A model generated the notes under the pieces. The model did not search any database. It was not told the DNA's origin and saw nothing but the letters and a program-made list of their open reading frames with translations. The translations under genes were made by a program, and so were the position numbers. Of a stretch of DNA of 64,000 nt, positions 29,399-44,104 are shown piece after piece. The stretch's first letter is position 1. Each line of letters begins with the position of its first letter. This DNA comes from the human T2T-CHM13v2.0 reference genome, Homo sapiens, in NCBI RefSeq assembly GCF_009914755.1, contig NC_060928.1; one strand, written 5' to 3'.

Positions 29399-30391
29399 GG
29401 ATTTTATACTTTTAAAATGTTAAAGGCAGTATTTTTGACTGTCTTCAAGGTGAGCATGGTACGTACCAGGGGAACAAATGGAATTCCCAATGATCACGTT
29501 GGTATAGGTTTTCTTTTATTTTTATGGTAGGGTGGGAAAGGGAACAGAAGGGTCTTGCAATCTCGCCAGGTGAGCCTAAGCATCTAGTTCCCTGAGATTT
29601 TGCTCAACATGCTTTGTTGAAGCAGCTTAAATCTGGCTATAGCAGCAGTAAGGGGTGAAAAATGGACAGGAGAGAATTAAAATTTTGTTTTTATTTTCAA
29701 TCCTGGCTAATCACAAAACAAATGAATCATGATCTCAGTGCAGTGATTAAAAAAGGTTGATTTAATTTGGCAATAGTTAGTGGATTCTGCTGCTAATTAA
29801 GCATGTGTGTTGTACGTGGGAAGGTATATTTGGGAAGCAGTTATTTCTCACTGCATACCTGTCTAATATAGCTGACAGTTATAGCCACAGTCCCTTTCCC
29901 CGCCCTTAGGATTTTGTTTGCAGCTCCTTTAAATGCCAAACATTTGTGCTAAAAATAGCTGTTCCATTTTCTCGTGACTCCACCCAGGTCAGTCTGCCTG
30001 CCTCCCTGGCTTCCCAGGTGGGCATATCCACATTACAGTTTTGTTAGCTAGTCTTTGTATGATTTCTTCTCCCCTCCAACTACAGATGTCCCACATTGCA
30101 CTTCCGTGACAGGGCTGCAGTGTAGTCGCTATGCAGGGTTCCTAAATAGCGTTGAGTAGAATGGATGCCAACAGCTGCATTCAGCTGCAGTGGAGGGACT
30201 TTAAGGGAGTGGGCACCAGAGTAAACATTTCAAGTGGAAAAATGTCACTGCTGAGGGAAGTAGTCTCTTTTAATCATTTAAAAACATTTCAAGACCTTGC
30301 TAGACAGATCAGTGTGCAGCATCAGGTGAAAGGGAAGTGGAAACAATGAGAGGTCACCAGACAAAGAAACTGGAAGAAGCTTGGAGGGAAT

Positions 30392-30595
30392 GTATGATCC
30401 TGATTCTAAGATGCACATTTTTATTTCATATATCAATACTTCAGATGTTGAGATGTATCTTACAACTGCTAGGTGCGTTTAATAATTTCCCCTGCTTATC
30501 CTTCCAGCACCCCATGCCACTCCATAAAATAAAACCATTATTTAAATGAAGTTGTGACGCTTGCACTGAGTGATGTCTAGATTTGAGGAAACACC
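30392..30595. mobile_element. MER104-like (TcMar-Tc2) MITE
   Basis: GATTCTAAGATGCACATTTTT...GATGTATCTTACAA...TCTAGATTTGAGGAAA. Confidence 0.55.
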
Positions 30596-30689
30596 ACGTT
30601 CACCAACGGAAACCCATTACAGTCTAGAGTTTACCCCTCAGGCATGTGAGCTAAGAATCCTAATTTGTGAGTACACAGAAGGACTTTTT

Positions 30690-31592
<903 letters not shown>

Positions 31593-31866
31593 AGAGTACA
31601 TTTTCTAAGGAAAAATCTCATATTTACTTGGCTTACAAAGACTTACACATAAATTCAGACTGTTAATTGAAATAACAGACAGAGGAGAGGAATGGAGGAA
31701 TGCCCGTGTCAGAATTACCAACCAATTCCCCTCCTAGAGATGGACTTTTACTTGGAAACCATATTTTAATCAGAAGACAGCTTGGAAGGTCTCCAGGTAG
31801 GGTGAGGAGTCCACCTTAGGTGATCCACCCGCCTTGTCCTCCCTAAGTGCTGGGGATTACAGACAC

Positions 31867-31962
31867 TCCTTCCTTCCTTCCTCCCTCCCTCCCTCCTTTC
31901 CTTCCTTCCTTCCTTCCTTCCTTCCTTCCTTCCTTCCTTCCTTCCTTTCTCTCTCTCTCTTT
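31867..31962. repeat. (TTCC)n polypyrimidine repeat
   Basis: Read directly; forms the tail of the adjacent minus-strand Alu. Confidence 0.93.
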
Positions 31963-32242
31963 CGGAGTCTCACTCTGTTGTGAAGCTGGAGTGCAGTGGC
32001 GGATCTCGGCTCACTACAACCTTGCCGCAAGGTTCAAGTGATTCTCCTGCCTCAGTCTCCCGAGTAGCTGGGACAGCTGGGACTACAGGCACCTGCCACC
32101 ACACCCAGCTAATTTTTGTATTTTTAGTAGAGATGGGGGTTTCACCATGTTGGCCAGGATGGTCTCGATCTCCTGATCTTGTGATCCACGCGCCTCGGCC
32201 TCCCAAAGTGCTGGGATTACAGGCATGAGCCACCGCGTCCAG
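31963..32242 (-). mobile_element. AluSc-like with a 9-bp internal duplication
   Basis: CCAGGATGGTCTCGATCTCC; GCTGGGACA GCTGGGACT. Confidence 0.9.
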
Positions 32243-32244
32243 CA

Positions 32245-32825
32245 CTCTGTTTATGGCATCCATTATGTTACATTATTGATTCTCAACCTTAGATGTACAT
32301 TCAAATGACCTGTCTCTCCCTCCACCTTTTTTTAGGGGAAGAATTATGCTTGTACATTACACCACAGGGACTGTACATACATAAACTTCTTTTAAACATA
32401 GAGGTGGGGTCTTACTATGTTACCCAGTCTGTTCTTGAACTCCTGGCCTCAAGCAATCGTCCTGGCTCAGCCTCCCAAAGTATTGGGAGTACAGGCATGA
32501 GCAACTGCACCCAGGCTATATATACTCTTGTATGCCTAGTTTCTCTCACCCAATATAATGTTTGTAAGATTCATCAGTGTTGTTGCATGTGGTTGTAGAT
32601 TGTCAAATCCCAATGCTGTACAGAAATCCATTGTATAACTTTATTACATTTTACTTATCCATTCTAAATAGGATAATAAAAATTCGGGTAATTTCTAGTT
32701 TTTGGTTATTTTGAATGCTGTTATGAACATTCTAGTACGCGCCTTTTGGAAAACATATATGTATACATTTCTATTATATACCTAGGAGTCACATTGGTGG
32801 GTTATAAGATATGCCTATATTATTA
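32245..32825 (-). mobile_element. L1M (MC/ME-like) fragment with a FLAM at about 32388-32516
   Basis: AAGATTCATCAGTGTTGTTGCATGT...GCTGTTATGAACATTCT...ATACCTAGGAGT. Confidence 0.7.
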
Positions 32826-32826
32826 A

Positions 32827-33124
32827 GCCAGGTGCAGTGGCTCACGCCTGTAATCCCAGCACTTTGGGAGGCTGAGGTGGGCAGATTGCTTTGAGACTAG
32901 CCTGGGCAACACAGTGCAACTGGTCGCTACAAAAAATACAAAAATTAGCCTCGTGTGGTGGCGCATGCCTGTGATTCCAGCCATTCAGGAGACTTAGGTG
33001 GGAGAATTCCTGGGGGCCGGAAAGTTGAGGTTGCAGTGAGCTGTGATCGCCCACTGCACTCCAGCCTGGGTGACAGAGCAAGACCCTGTCTCAAAAAAAA
33101 AGAAGAAAAAAAAAAAAAGAAAAA
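32827..33124 (+). mobile_element. AluJ
   Basis: Dimeric Alu with a small left-arm deletion and A-rich tail. Confidence 0.9.
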
Positions 33125-33598
33125 GCTATGCCTAAAGGCTAAGTGTATATAGAATATTTTCTTTAAATGAACATCAAACCACATGACTGACCTGCTAAAA
33201 TCGTCACTGGCTTTCTTCTATAGTCTGAGTAAACCATATTCCACACTACAAGGCCCACAGGACCAGCCCCTATTTAATTCTCTGGCTTCATCCCATATCA
33301 CTCTTTTGACTCAGCCGTGTTTGCTCCCATTGAGTAGTCTTCCTGCATGTGGGTCTCCTGCTTTTTCCTTTGTTTGCAATATGCTTATTGCCAGTCCTTC
33401 TCCCTAGGCAAGCCCACACTGCTCAGTTCCTAACAGGAAGCTTCTATTCATCTTTCAAATGTCACTTTCATGGAGCTTTCCCTGATCGTGGTTATCTAAG
33501 TATCTCCATTTTATTTTCTCTAATTCTATCAAATTTCTTCATAGCACTTATGACAAATTTGACAGTATATACTGATTTTTGTTTCTGGTTATATACTA

Positions 33599-33995
<397 letters not shown>

Positions 33996-35626
33996 TAAAA
34001 AACAGCCGTGTGAATATTCCACTCCCAGACATCTTGATATAATTATTTTGGAGGAGATCCTAGCCTTGGTATTTTTTAAAAGCCTCTCAAGCTCATGATT
34101 GTGTTATAGCATTTGTAATATGTTATTAATAGTACATGCCCATCATCATAAATAAGTATTGGAGACCACTGGACCAGTCCACATGATACCTCATTTTACA
34201 TACTAGGGAACTATGTTGCTTAATATATAATCTGAACTATGTTCACTGTTACACAACTGGTTACTGCTATGACTGGGACAGCTTCGCTTTCTAATTTCAT
34301 TGCTCTTCCAGTGCAAGGCAAACTCTGGGGTTGCATATTCTAATTATTCGTGCATGTCTGTCTCCCTCACTGAATTGTAAGTTCGTGAGCAATTGGGACT
34401 GTGTTTATCTTTTTATTCTTCATAGCACCTGTATAATTCCTTGGTCATAGCAGACTGTCAATAAGTGTGTTGAGAACAAATAATATAACCATTTCGATCA
34501 CTTATCTGACACCTATATAATATGCTTCACTGAGCTGTTTCTGTTTTGTACCTTAAGCACTGACATTTCATTATTTCAGAATCTTTTTCTTTATACATTA
34601 AAAGGCTGAATCAATTTCAGAGCCTTGAAGCCAAAGAGGTTTGAGGACCCTTGAAAGTACAGTACCTTTTCTGGAGTATTAAGTATCAATAACAACAGGG
34701 ATTTTCTTCATCTACGGTTGGATATATTATTCACCAGTGTCAGAAAATAGAGTCTCCTCAATCAGGAAGAGTTTCTGGTTATTTCAAGAATTATAGATTA
34801 CTATGTACTTACAGGCATCACTTTACCCACAGTATCTGACTCAAATTCAAATGAAAAAATTCACTGTACAGTGAATTCACTTCTGATGATTTGTGTTTTA
34901 TAAAAAAGGGAAAAATAATAAATTCAAACATCCAGAACTCTGTCATAAATTACTAAGGTAGTTCTGGCTCTAGGAATTTTTGGTTTGGGCACTTTCCAAA
35001 GTAAGTGAAAATATAATTATCAATAAAATCCAAGAAATTTGTGGTTGGAACATAAGAGAAGCTACCTACTCTTATCGGGAGGTTGTGTTTCTAGCAAGTA
35101 GAGTGTCTGGCAAATTTTCATCTGGCAAGATTAAGGTCTATTAGGAAATAGAGAATATGGTAGAAACAACTAAAATAACATAAAATAATAGGCTTTAAAA
35201 ATTCACAATAAATGAAAAGTCAAGAAAGAACCCATTTTATTAATATAGCAGTCTGCTCCAGAATCATCCTCTTTAATTGATCAAGAAACATTGATATTGG
35301 CTTAATGATCTGCTGAGGCCGTAGGTTTTGTTTCATATGAAATGCGCTTCCTTTACAGTGTTCTGGGCCAGTCCCTGCTAGCTTAAAATGTAATGACTCG
35401 TGCTCTTGCATTCTTGTTTTGTTCTTGCAAGTCTTGCAAAATGCTAAACTCACAAATGATTGTGGTGCTCAAGGGCATGTTTTCTAGTGGTATATTGAGA
35501 GAGTTAAATGTAATCAGGTCTTCCTGCACTGCTTCTCAGACCTGCCCCCCTGTTCCACAGGAGAAGCAGGGAGGGGAAGTTAGGAAACAGTGTATACTGA
35601 GGAGGAGCTTTAAAAATGTAGAGTGA

Positions 35627-35986
35627 TGATATGGTTTGGCTGTGTCTCCACCCAAATTTCACCTTGAATTGTAATAATCTCCACATGTGAAGGGCAGGGC
35701 CAGGTGTAGGTAATTGAATCATGGAGGCGGTTTCCCCCATACTGTTCTTGTGGTAGTGATTAAGTCTCACGAGAGCTGATGGCTTTATATATGGGAGTTT
35801 GCCTGCACAAGCTCTTTTGCCTGCGGCCGCCTAAGACGTAACTTTGCTCCTTATTCGCTTTCCGCCATGATTGTGAGGCCTCCCCCACCATGTGGAACTG
35901 TGAGTCTATTAAACCTCTTTCCTTTACCCTTTACAAATTACCCAGTCTTTCGTATGTCTTAAGCAGCGTGAGAACAGACTAATACA
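35627..35986 (+). mobile_element. THE1 (THE1C-like) solo LTR
   Basis: TGATATGGTTTGGCTGTGTC...GAACAGACTAATACA; exact TSD AGTGA. Confidence 0.93.
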
Positions 35987-36806
35987 AGTGACAACGTAAA
36001 ACCAATGACCTCAAAACCATTGCTAGAAAGAGATTTACAATATTTACAAGTCTCTCTTTCTACTCTTCAAAAGAATCATGAATGTGACATTTGCGGTTTA
36101 TTATATAGTAATAGCCCCTTACTTGTCTATTACCCCTTTTCAAGTAACCTTTTTTTTTTCCGTAATTTTTACAATCTTCTTAGGGATAAAATCAGAAAGT
36201 TAATTTATTTGTGTTTCCCATAGTTAGTTGGAATTTATGCAGTGGAAGAAATTTACCCAGTGAATGAAATTCAGAACAAGTCTCATGACTTCTCTGCTTA
36301 CATGGAGGTAATAAAAGTTTTTTGTGGTCAGTAATTAAAATGCTCAGTGCCACAAATAGTCAAAACTCCAATTCTGATTTACATTGAACAAGTTCTTCCT
36401 GCTGGGGAAAGGGGATGTGGTCAGGTGAGAGGGAGAGAGGAAGGTCTAGATTCTGATCTAGTGTTGGTTTCCGCTGGTTTTGGCCCATGTTAAAGCTGAT
36501 TTTTTTTTCTCATAGTTTCTTTCTTGGGACCTTCAGAGGCCCTCCCCAACTGCATCCCTTGGGAATCTCACCAGCAATTTCAGTGACCCAGACTAATGGC
36601 TCTTTGTGGCAGCCAGTCACTTCCTGGTAAATATTTTCATTTTCTTTGCTCAGTGTCTTTTTTGGAGGGCGTGCCATGCGATACTGCCTCTCCTTCACTT
36701 GAGCAATTTCTGTATTTTCCAAGTCAGATATTGAATCACCCAGTATTCTAAATGACACCAATTTGCTTTTAAATCCCTCTCTACCTGAGGTGAAAGTGGG
36801 CATTCT

Positions 36807-36957
36807 TAGGGTAACCAGCCAGTCTGGTTTGCCTAGGATTGTTCTGTTTTTTTATTTTAAATTTTTTTTATTTTTACACCCCTCTCAGCTCATACCTAAT
36901 GCCTGCGATTTTTCTAGTTACAGTACTGAAACCCCTGCGTCCCTGGAAACTTCTCCC
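36807..36957. mobile_element. MER81-like (hAT-Blackjack) element with an internal insertion
   Basis: TAGGGTAACCAGCCAGTCTGGTTTGCCTAGGA...AGTACTGAAACCCCTGCGTCCCTGGAAAC. Confidence 0.65.
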
Positions 36958-37475
36958 TGGGATGCAAAAAATCCTTTCCCCCCCACCCCAGCAGATATGG
37001 AAGGTTGGGAGAAAAGCATATGACTTCTATGGCAGCCCCCAAATAGGGATGAAAAACAACATTGTTTTCAGTGTTAAGTATATGTGGCATAAATTGTCCA
37101 TCCTCCATAGTTGCTGTTGTAAGGGACCACTCGATAGTACTTAGGATGAGCAGTGCTTCAACAGGGTCACCATGACACAGCCATGCTAGACAAAACAACA
37201 CAAAAAATCACGCACATATAATTATATAATATATAATAAATAGTTCTACACAGGTGTATTATTACTCTAAATAAAAATATGAAATTATTTTACATTTCAT
37301 ATTTATGGTATTTTTGAAATTATGTATTATTTACTTCCCAGTTACATAAATGCTATTATTGATAGAAAACAATAGGACTAGTTCGTAGTGGCAATTAGTA
37401 GACATTAATGGTAGGACTAATTAAATCAATACTATGTATGAGAATATCATAGTTTATGTTTCTCTGTCTTTGGTT

Positions 37476-37635
37476 ACAGCAAAATGTGTGTGTATACATG
37501 TATACATATATATGTGTATATATACTTACTATCCCTCTGTTGAAAACAGCAATATAAATGTGTGTGTATACATATATGTGTATTGTATATATGTATATAT
37601 TTACTATATCTCCTATGTTGAAAACAGCAATATAT
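37476..37635. repeat. Imperfect tandem duplication of about 70-78 bp with a (TG/TA)n core
   Basis: TTACTAT...TGTTGAAAACAGCAATATA occurs twice, separated by TG/TA runs. Confidence 0.8.
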
Positions 37636-37975
37636 TTAAACTATGTATTAAATCTTTTTTTGGATAAATTATTGCTTACCAACATCTCTTTCTCTTTCTC
37701 TCAAAACAAAACAAAACTCTTCTCTAACCTCCCACCTCCCACCCTGATTTGAGTGAGTCCTAAAACAGGTGGTGAAAATTAGATAATCCTGCATGAGGTC
37801 TTGCTCTTTGCCTTGGAATGTGCCACTTTGGAGCCTCACGCTCAGTTTTCTGCATTTAGCAAATATCTTTTCATTTACTTTTTCAAATTTCTGGTGAGCT
37901 CTTTTTTACCCCTTGCTGCCCTATGAATAGTCCCTTCTCTGAAAACCAACTTGATGATGCTTTATGAATTCTCTA

Positions 37976-38273
37976 TTTTTTTTTTTTTTTTTTTTTCCAG
38001 TCTTGCTCTGTTGCCCAGGCTGGAGTGCAGTGACGAGGTCTCGGCTCACTGCAAGCTCCGCCTCCCGGGTTCACGACATTCTCCTGCCTCAGCCTCCTGA
38101 GTAGCTGGGACTACAGGGGCCCGTCACCACGCCTGGCTAATTTTTTTGTATTTTTAGTAGAGACAGGGTTTCACTGTCCTAGCCAGGATGATCTCGATCT
38201 CCTGACCTCGTGATCTGCCCGCCTCGGACTCTCAAAGTGCTAGGATTACAGGTGTGAGCCACCGTGCCCAGCC
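37976..38273 (-). mobile_element. AluY
   Basis: GCAAGCTCCGCCTCCCGGGTTCACG; TSD GAATTCTCTATT. Confidence 0.93.
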
Positions 38274-38555
38274 GAATTCTCTATTCTTGTATGATCAGGA
38301 ACAAATACACTTGCACCTTGCCTTGGGGCACAGGATTGATCAGGGTTGTGGATGCTTCTTTTCAGCAGAAAAATGCTCCAGGATATGTTTGTTTACTTCA
38401 ACAGATGTAGTGAAGTTTTAATTATTCACTATGACTGGTAGTTGAAAAACTGCCCGATTCCTTGTCCATTTTAATGTATAAACTTCCTTATGGTTTTAAA
38501 ATATTTAATATTTAGAAGAAAACAGTGGATTCATTAGTAGAGGCTTTAGCATTAG

Positions 38556-38900
<345 letters not shown>

Positions 38901-38931
38901 TGTCTTGCCTCTTTTTAAGTGAGGTTGAATA

Positions 38932-39528
38932 TTTTATTAGCTTTCTATTTTTGTATAACAAATTACCACAAATTTAGTGATTTTAACAGCACACACACAT
39001 TTGTTATCTCGGTTTCTGTGAATCACAAGTACAGGCACAAGTTAACTGAGTTCTCTGTAGAGTCTCACCAGGCTGAGTGGAGATGCCTGTTGGGCTGTGT
39101 TCTTATCTAGAGGTGAGACTGAAAAAGATCTTCTAGGTTTATTCAGGTTGGTATTAGGATTCAGTTCCTTAAAGTTGTAGGACTGAGGTCACCATTTTCT
39201 TGCTGGCTGTCAGCTGGGGTCCCTCTCAACTCAGAAGGTGCTGCCATTCCTTGCCATGTGGTACACACATGGCAGCCTACTTACTCAAAGGCAGTAGGAG
39301 ACTCTCACTTCAATCCGATAAAAGAGAATCCTGCATGACATAATATAGTCAATGGAGTTGATTGCATTATCCTACTCCATCATCTTTTGCCTTAAATTTT
39401 AATCTAATTAAGAGACTGGCTATTCCATCAAATTCACAGTTCTCACTCACACCCGGGGAGGCAATAATTAAGGTTGAATAGACAAGAAGGCAGGGATCTG
39501 GGGAATTCTTAGAAGTCAATGTATCACA
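38932..39528 (-). mobile_element. MLT1 (E-like) LTR
   Basis: TAACAAATTACCACAAATTTAGTG...GTTGTAGGACTGAGGTC...TTGCCATGTGG. Confidence 0.75.
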
Positions 39529-39913
39529 TGGATTTTTTATGTTTAAAAGCCATTTGTATTTTCTTTCTGTAAACTGTCTTTCTATTTTATTTTATTTTAT
39601 TTTTTGAGACAGGGTCTTACTCTGTCACCAGGTTGGATAAACTGTCTTTTGATATTCTTTGGCTGCTTTTTTCACATATTCCAAAAAATACCAACATTGT
39701 ATAAATGAGTACAGGATGAGTGAAGTAAAAGGGCAAATCCATTGGGCAAGCTTTGCCCCAAACAGAAAGTCAAGGTGGGTGGTAAAAAATTTACTTCCCT
39801 GAGAACCTGCTTTGGAGGAGCACTGTTATATGAAAACTGAGTTAATCCTCTCTCTTTGAATCCTTCCTGAGGATTGGTGCTTTGACTCCCAGTTCCTGCT
39901 TCTCCCAATCAAG

Positions 39914-40141
39914 TTTTTTTTTTTTTTTTTTTTAATTAAACTTTAAGTTCTGGGATACATGTGCAGAACATGCAGGTTTGTTACATAGGTATACATGTGC
40001 CATGGTGGTTTGCTGCACCCATCAACCCATCATCTACATTAGATATTTTTCCTAATGCTCTCCCTCCGCTTACCCCCCATCCCCCAACAGGCCCCAGTGT
40101 GTGATGTTCCCCCCTCTGTGTCCATATGTTCTCATTGTTCA
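39914..40141 (-). mobile_element. 5'-truncated L1PA, 3' end only
   Basis: Poly-T, CTTTAAGTTCTGGGATACATGTGCAGAAC...; TSD CCAATCAAG. Confidence 0.92.
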
Positions 40142-40173
40142 ACCAATCAAGATCTTAATGGGAGGAGGGTTAA

Positions 40174-40500
<327 letters not shown>

Positions 40501-40584
40501 AAGCAGATCCATTTTAACACCAAGAAACTTAACTTCAAAATCTTATTGCTCATCTGAAACAAACCTTACGTCTTAATTCTTACA

Positions 40585-40771
40585 GGACTGAGTTCTGTAA
40601 CATTGTGATTAGGCCCATCTTGACAATCCAAGACAATTTTCCTATTTTTAGGTCAGCTGGGTAGCAACCTTAATTCTATCTGTTCCCTTAATTCTCCTTT
40701 GCCATGTAATACAAGTTCCTGGGATTAAGATGTATATATCTTTTGTAGAAAACATTATTCTGCTTAACACA
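40585..40771 (-). mobile_element. MLT1 (D-like) LTR fragment
   Basis: ATTAGGCCCA...AATCCAAGACAAT...GGTCAGCTG...TAGCAACCTTAATTC. Confidence 0.65.
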
Positions 40772-41350
40772 GGGTCCTATAATTAGCTTAGTCTGGTATA
40801 CATGGCCACTGCTATGATTGGTGGGAGTAGGGATATGACTGCAACCCCACCAGCATTCCTATAGTTTAATAAGATGAACAGTTCCCTAAAATAAGTCAAA
40901 CACCATTCTGGACAGAGAAAATATTTTTCTCCCATAACCCCATCTGCATGCAAATTCTTACTAATTATTCTTTGATATATATACAATTTTGCATATTATT
41001 GTATTCAAGTGGTAACCGGTGATACATGTTACCTCATTACATTGCATTTTCAAAATTCAGTAACATATATTTATCGCACTGTTAATTTTGATAGCAGCTG
41101 TCTTTGCTGGTTATGCTTCTCAGATGGTCAACAGATCATGGATTATTTGGTAAATGAGTTATGTTGACATGGCCTACTTCTGGATTTTGCTCATCAAAGA
41201 GTTTGGACATAATTTCTTTATGAATTTCTGTGTATCTCATGCTTCTTATCCTAACTTTCAACTTTAAGAAATTTTAAAATTATGCTTTCGAATGAGAACG
41301 TTGATAATGCTTTTACTCCTCTCATGGTGTGTATTAGTTTGTTAGGGCTA

Positions 41351-42196
41351 TATGTCAAGGGTTCCCTAGAGAAACAGAATGCATATGTTATAAGGAATAG
41401 GCTCATGTGATTGTGGGGGCTGACCAGCCTCAAGATCTGCAGGGTGAGTAGGTGATATGGTTTGGATATTTGTCCCCTCCAAAGCTCATGTTGAAATGTG
41501 ATCCCCAGTGTTGGAGGTGGGGCCTGATGGGAGTTGTTTGGGTCATGGGGGCAGGTCCCTCATGAATGGCTTGGTGTCCTCCCCACAGTAATGAGTGAGT
41601 TCTTGCGTTGTTAGTTCATGAGAGAGCTGGTTGTTTAGAAGTGTGTGGCATCTCTCTTGCTCCCTTTTCTTGCTATGTGAAACGTCTGTTCCCTTCTACC
41701 TTCTGCCATGAGTTAAAGCTTCCTAAGGCCTCACCAGAAGCCAAGCAGATGCTAGTGCCATGCTTGTACAGCCTGCAGAAATGTGAGCCAAATAAACCTA
41801 TTTTCTTTATAAAATACTCATTCTCAGGTATTCCTTTACAGCAACACAAAACAGACTAACGTGGTAGGCAAGTTGGAGATCCAGGAAGAGCCAACGGGCA
41901 GTTTAAGTTTGAAGGCAGGAAATAGTCAATGCCCCAGGTGGAAGGCAGCCAGGCAGAAAGAGTTCTCTCTTACTCAATGGAGAGTCAGCCTTTTGTTCTA
42001 TTCAGGCCTTTGACTGATCTGATGAGGCTCACCCACGTTAAGGAGGGCAATCTGCTTTATTCAGTCTAGGGATTTAAATGTTAATCTCATTTAAAAACAT
42101 CCTCACAGAAACACCCAGAATAATGTTTGACCAAATTGGGCCACAGGTGGGCACTCTGTGGCCCAGTCAAATTGACACGTAAAGTTAACCATCACA
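41351..42196 (-). mobile_element. MLT2 solo LTR split by MSTB
   Basis: GGGTTCCCTAGAGAAACAGAA...GAGGGCAATCTGCTTTATTCAGTC...AACCATCACA; TSD GGCTA/GGCTG. Confidence 0.85.
41453..41863 (+). mobile_element. MSTB-like solo LTR
   Basis: TGATATGGTTTGGATATTTGTCCCCTCC...ACAGACTAA; exact TSD GTAGG. Confidence 0.9.
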
Positions 42197-42418
42197 GGCT
42201 GCCATACCAAAGTACCAAAGACTGTTGTTTAAGTGTCTTAAACAACATAACTGTATTTTCTCACAATTCTGGAGGCTAGAATTCCAAGATCAAGATGTTG
42301 GTAGAGTTAGTTTATTCTGAGGCCTCTCTTCTTGGCTTGTAGATGGCCATCTTCTCCCTTTGCCTTCACATCGTCTTCCCTCTGTGTGTGCTTGTATTCT
42401 AATTGTCTCTTCTTATAA

Positions 42419-42922
<504 letters not shown>

Positions 42923-43966
42923 TGAAAGTAGAAACAGAGTTTAGGATGTAGATTGTACTGGGAAGGCACAGGAATGGAACTAGACAGATAGGCACATGTA
43001 CAGCTTGATTGGTCAAGCACGGTATCATATAGAATCTATAATAAATATTTAGTCCAGGGGCCCAGCTATCATCGTTAAGTCCGAAAGAGAATGTAGGTAC
43101 TTCCTAGGGGTATAACATAATGTCCTTCAAGAATATAGAACTAAGGACAATAAGACTACTCTGAAAGAATTAAATACATAACTATTCAAGAATCATCAGC
43201 ATAAATATACATAATATAATCTTATAGTCCAGATCAAGTCTTGACTAAAATTATTGGCATATTTCTTTTCTTTCCCCTACAAAATACTATGTTAATTAAT
43301 GAAGTGGGAGAAATTGGTCATCCATAGAAACATCAAAAACAAAAACAGATCAGCCTGTTTTAGGGGCAAATGTTGGCAACGACCACATAGGTGCACTCTG
43401 GGTAGAGAACATCTTGACCCAATGACTTGTCAGTTCTTTGAGCAGATAATATACCTTTTCTTGAGAGGATTGCATCATGTTTTGAGAGCCTGATAGTTTA
43501 ACATTTAGATCTGTTAACTAACTCACATGTAAACCAGTGAGACCTGGTAACCTGAGAAGTTTGGCTATAGGAACAAAATATGCTGGCTAGATAGTATGAA
43601 GTGCTAAACCCCTAACTAAATATATTTCTTGCTGAAAGTTTATAAATTGACACGCTGGCTTACACATGAGGATTTTGAGAGCTTTGTTACTATCAGTTGG
43701 TATCTTTGAACTTGGCCAATCATGAGACTTGGGAAAGTCAAACTTGTAGGTCTTTGTAAGAGTGAACTCTGTATTTTTGTTAATGTACTAAGGTACTGTC
43801 GCTCTTTGTGGCTTTGTGTCAGAAGCCTGAGGATAGTTTTGGCATTACTCCAACCTCATCATACCATTTGTGGTTGAATTTCTGCAATAATAATGGGGTA
43901 TCTTAGTGTTAGTATAGACTATTACAACTGGGAACCATCAGCAGATCAGGGGCTCAGACACTGGGA

Positions 43967-43968
<2 letters not shown>

Positions 43969-44026
<58 letters not shown>
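43969..44026. repeat. Pure (GT)n microsatellite, about 29 units
   Basis: Read directly. Confidence 0.97.
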
Positions 44027-44028
<2 letters not shown>

Positions 44029-44104
44029 AGGATGCAGGAGAGGAGAATTTGGATGAGAATATGAGGTGAGCCCACAGGCAGAAGGGAATAAAGAAAGGCA
44101 CTAC

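Noticed and set aside
41120-41275. Open frame of about 45 codons on - (MRYTEIHKEIMSKLFDEQNPEV...) as a pseudogene fragment
   Set aside because: Short, no recognised homologue, no poly-A, TSD or flanking splice signals
42990-43260. AT-rich, unusual-looking segment as a NUMT or foreign insert
   Set aside because: No mitochondrial gene, tRNA fold, TSD or ORF of 60 codons or more is recognisable; cannot be supported without BLAST
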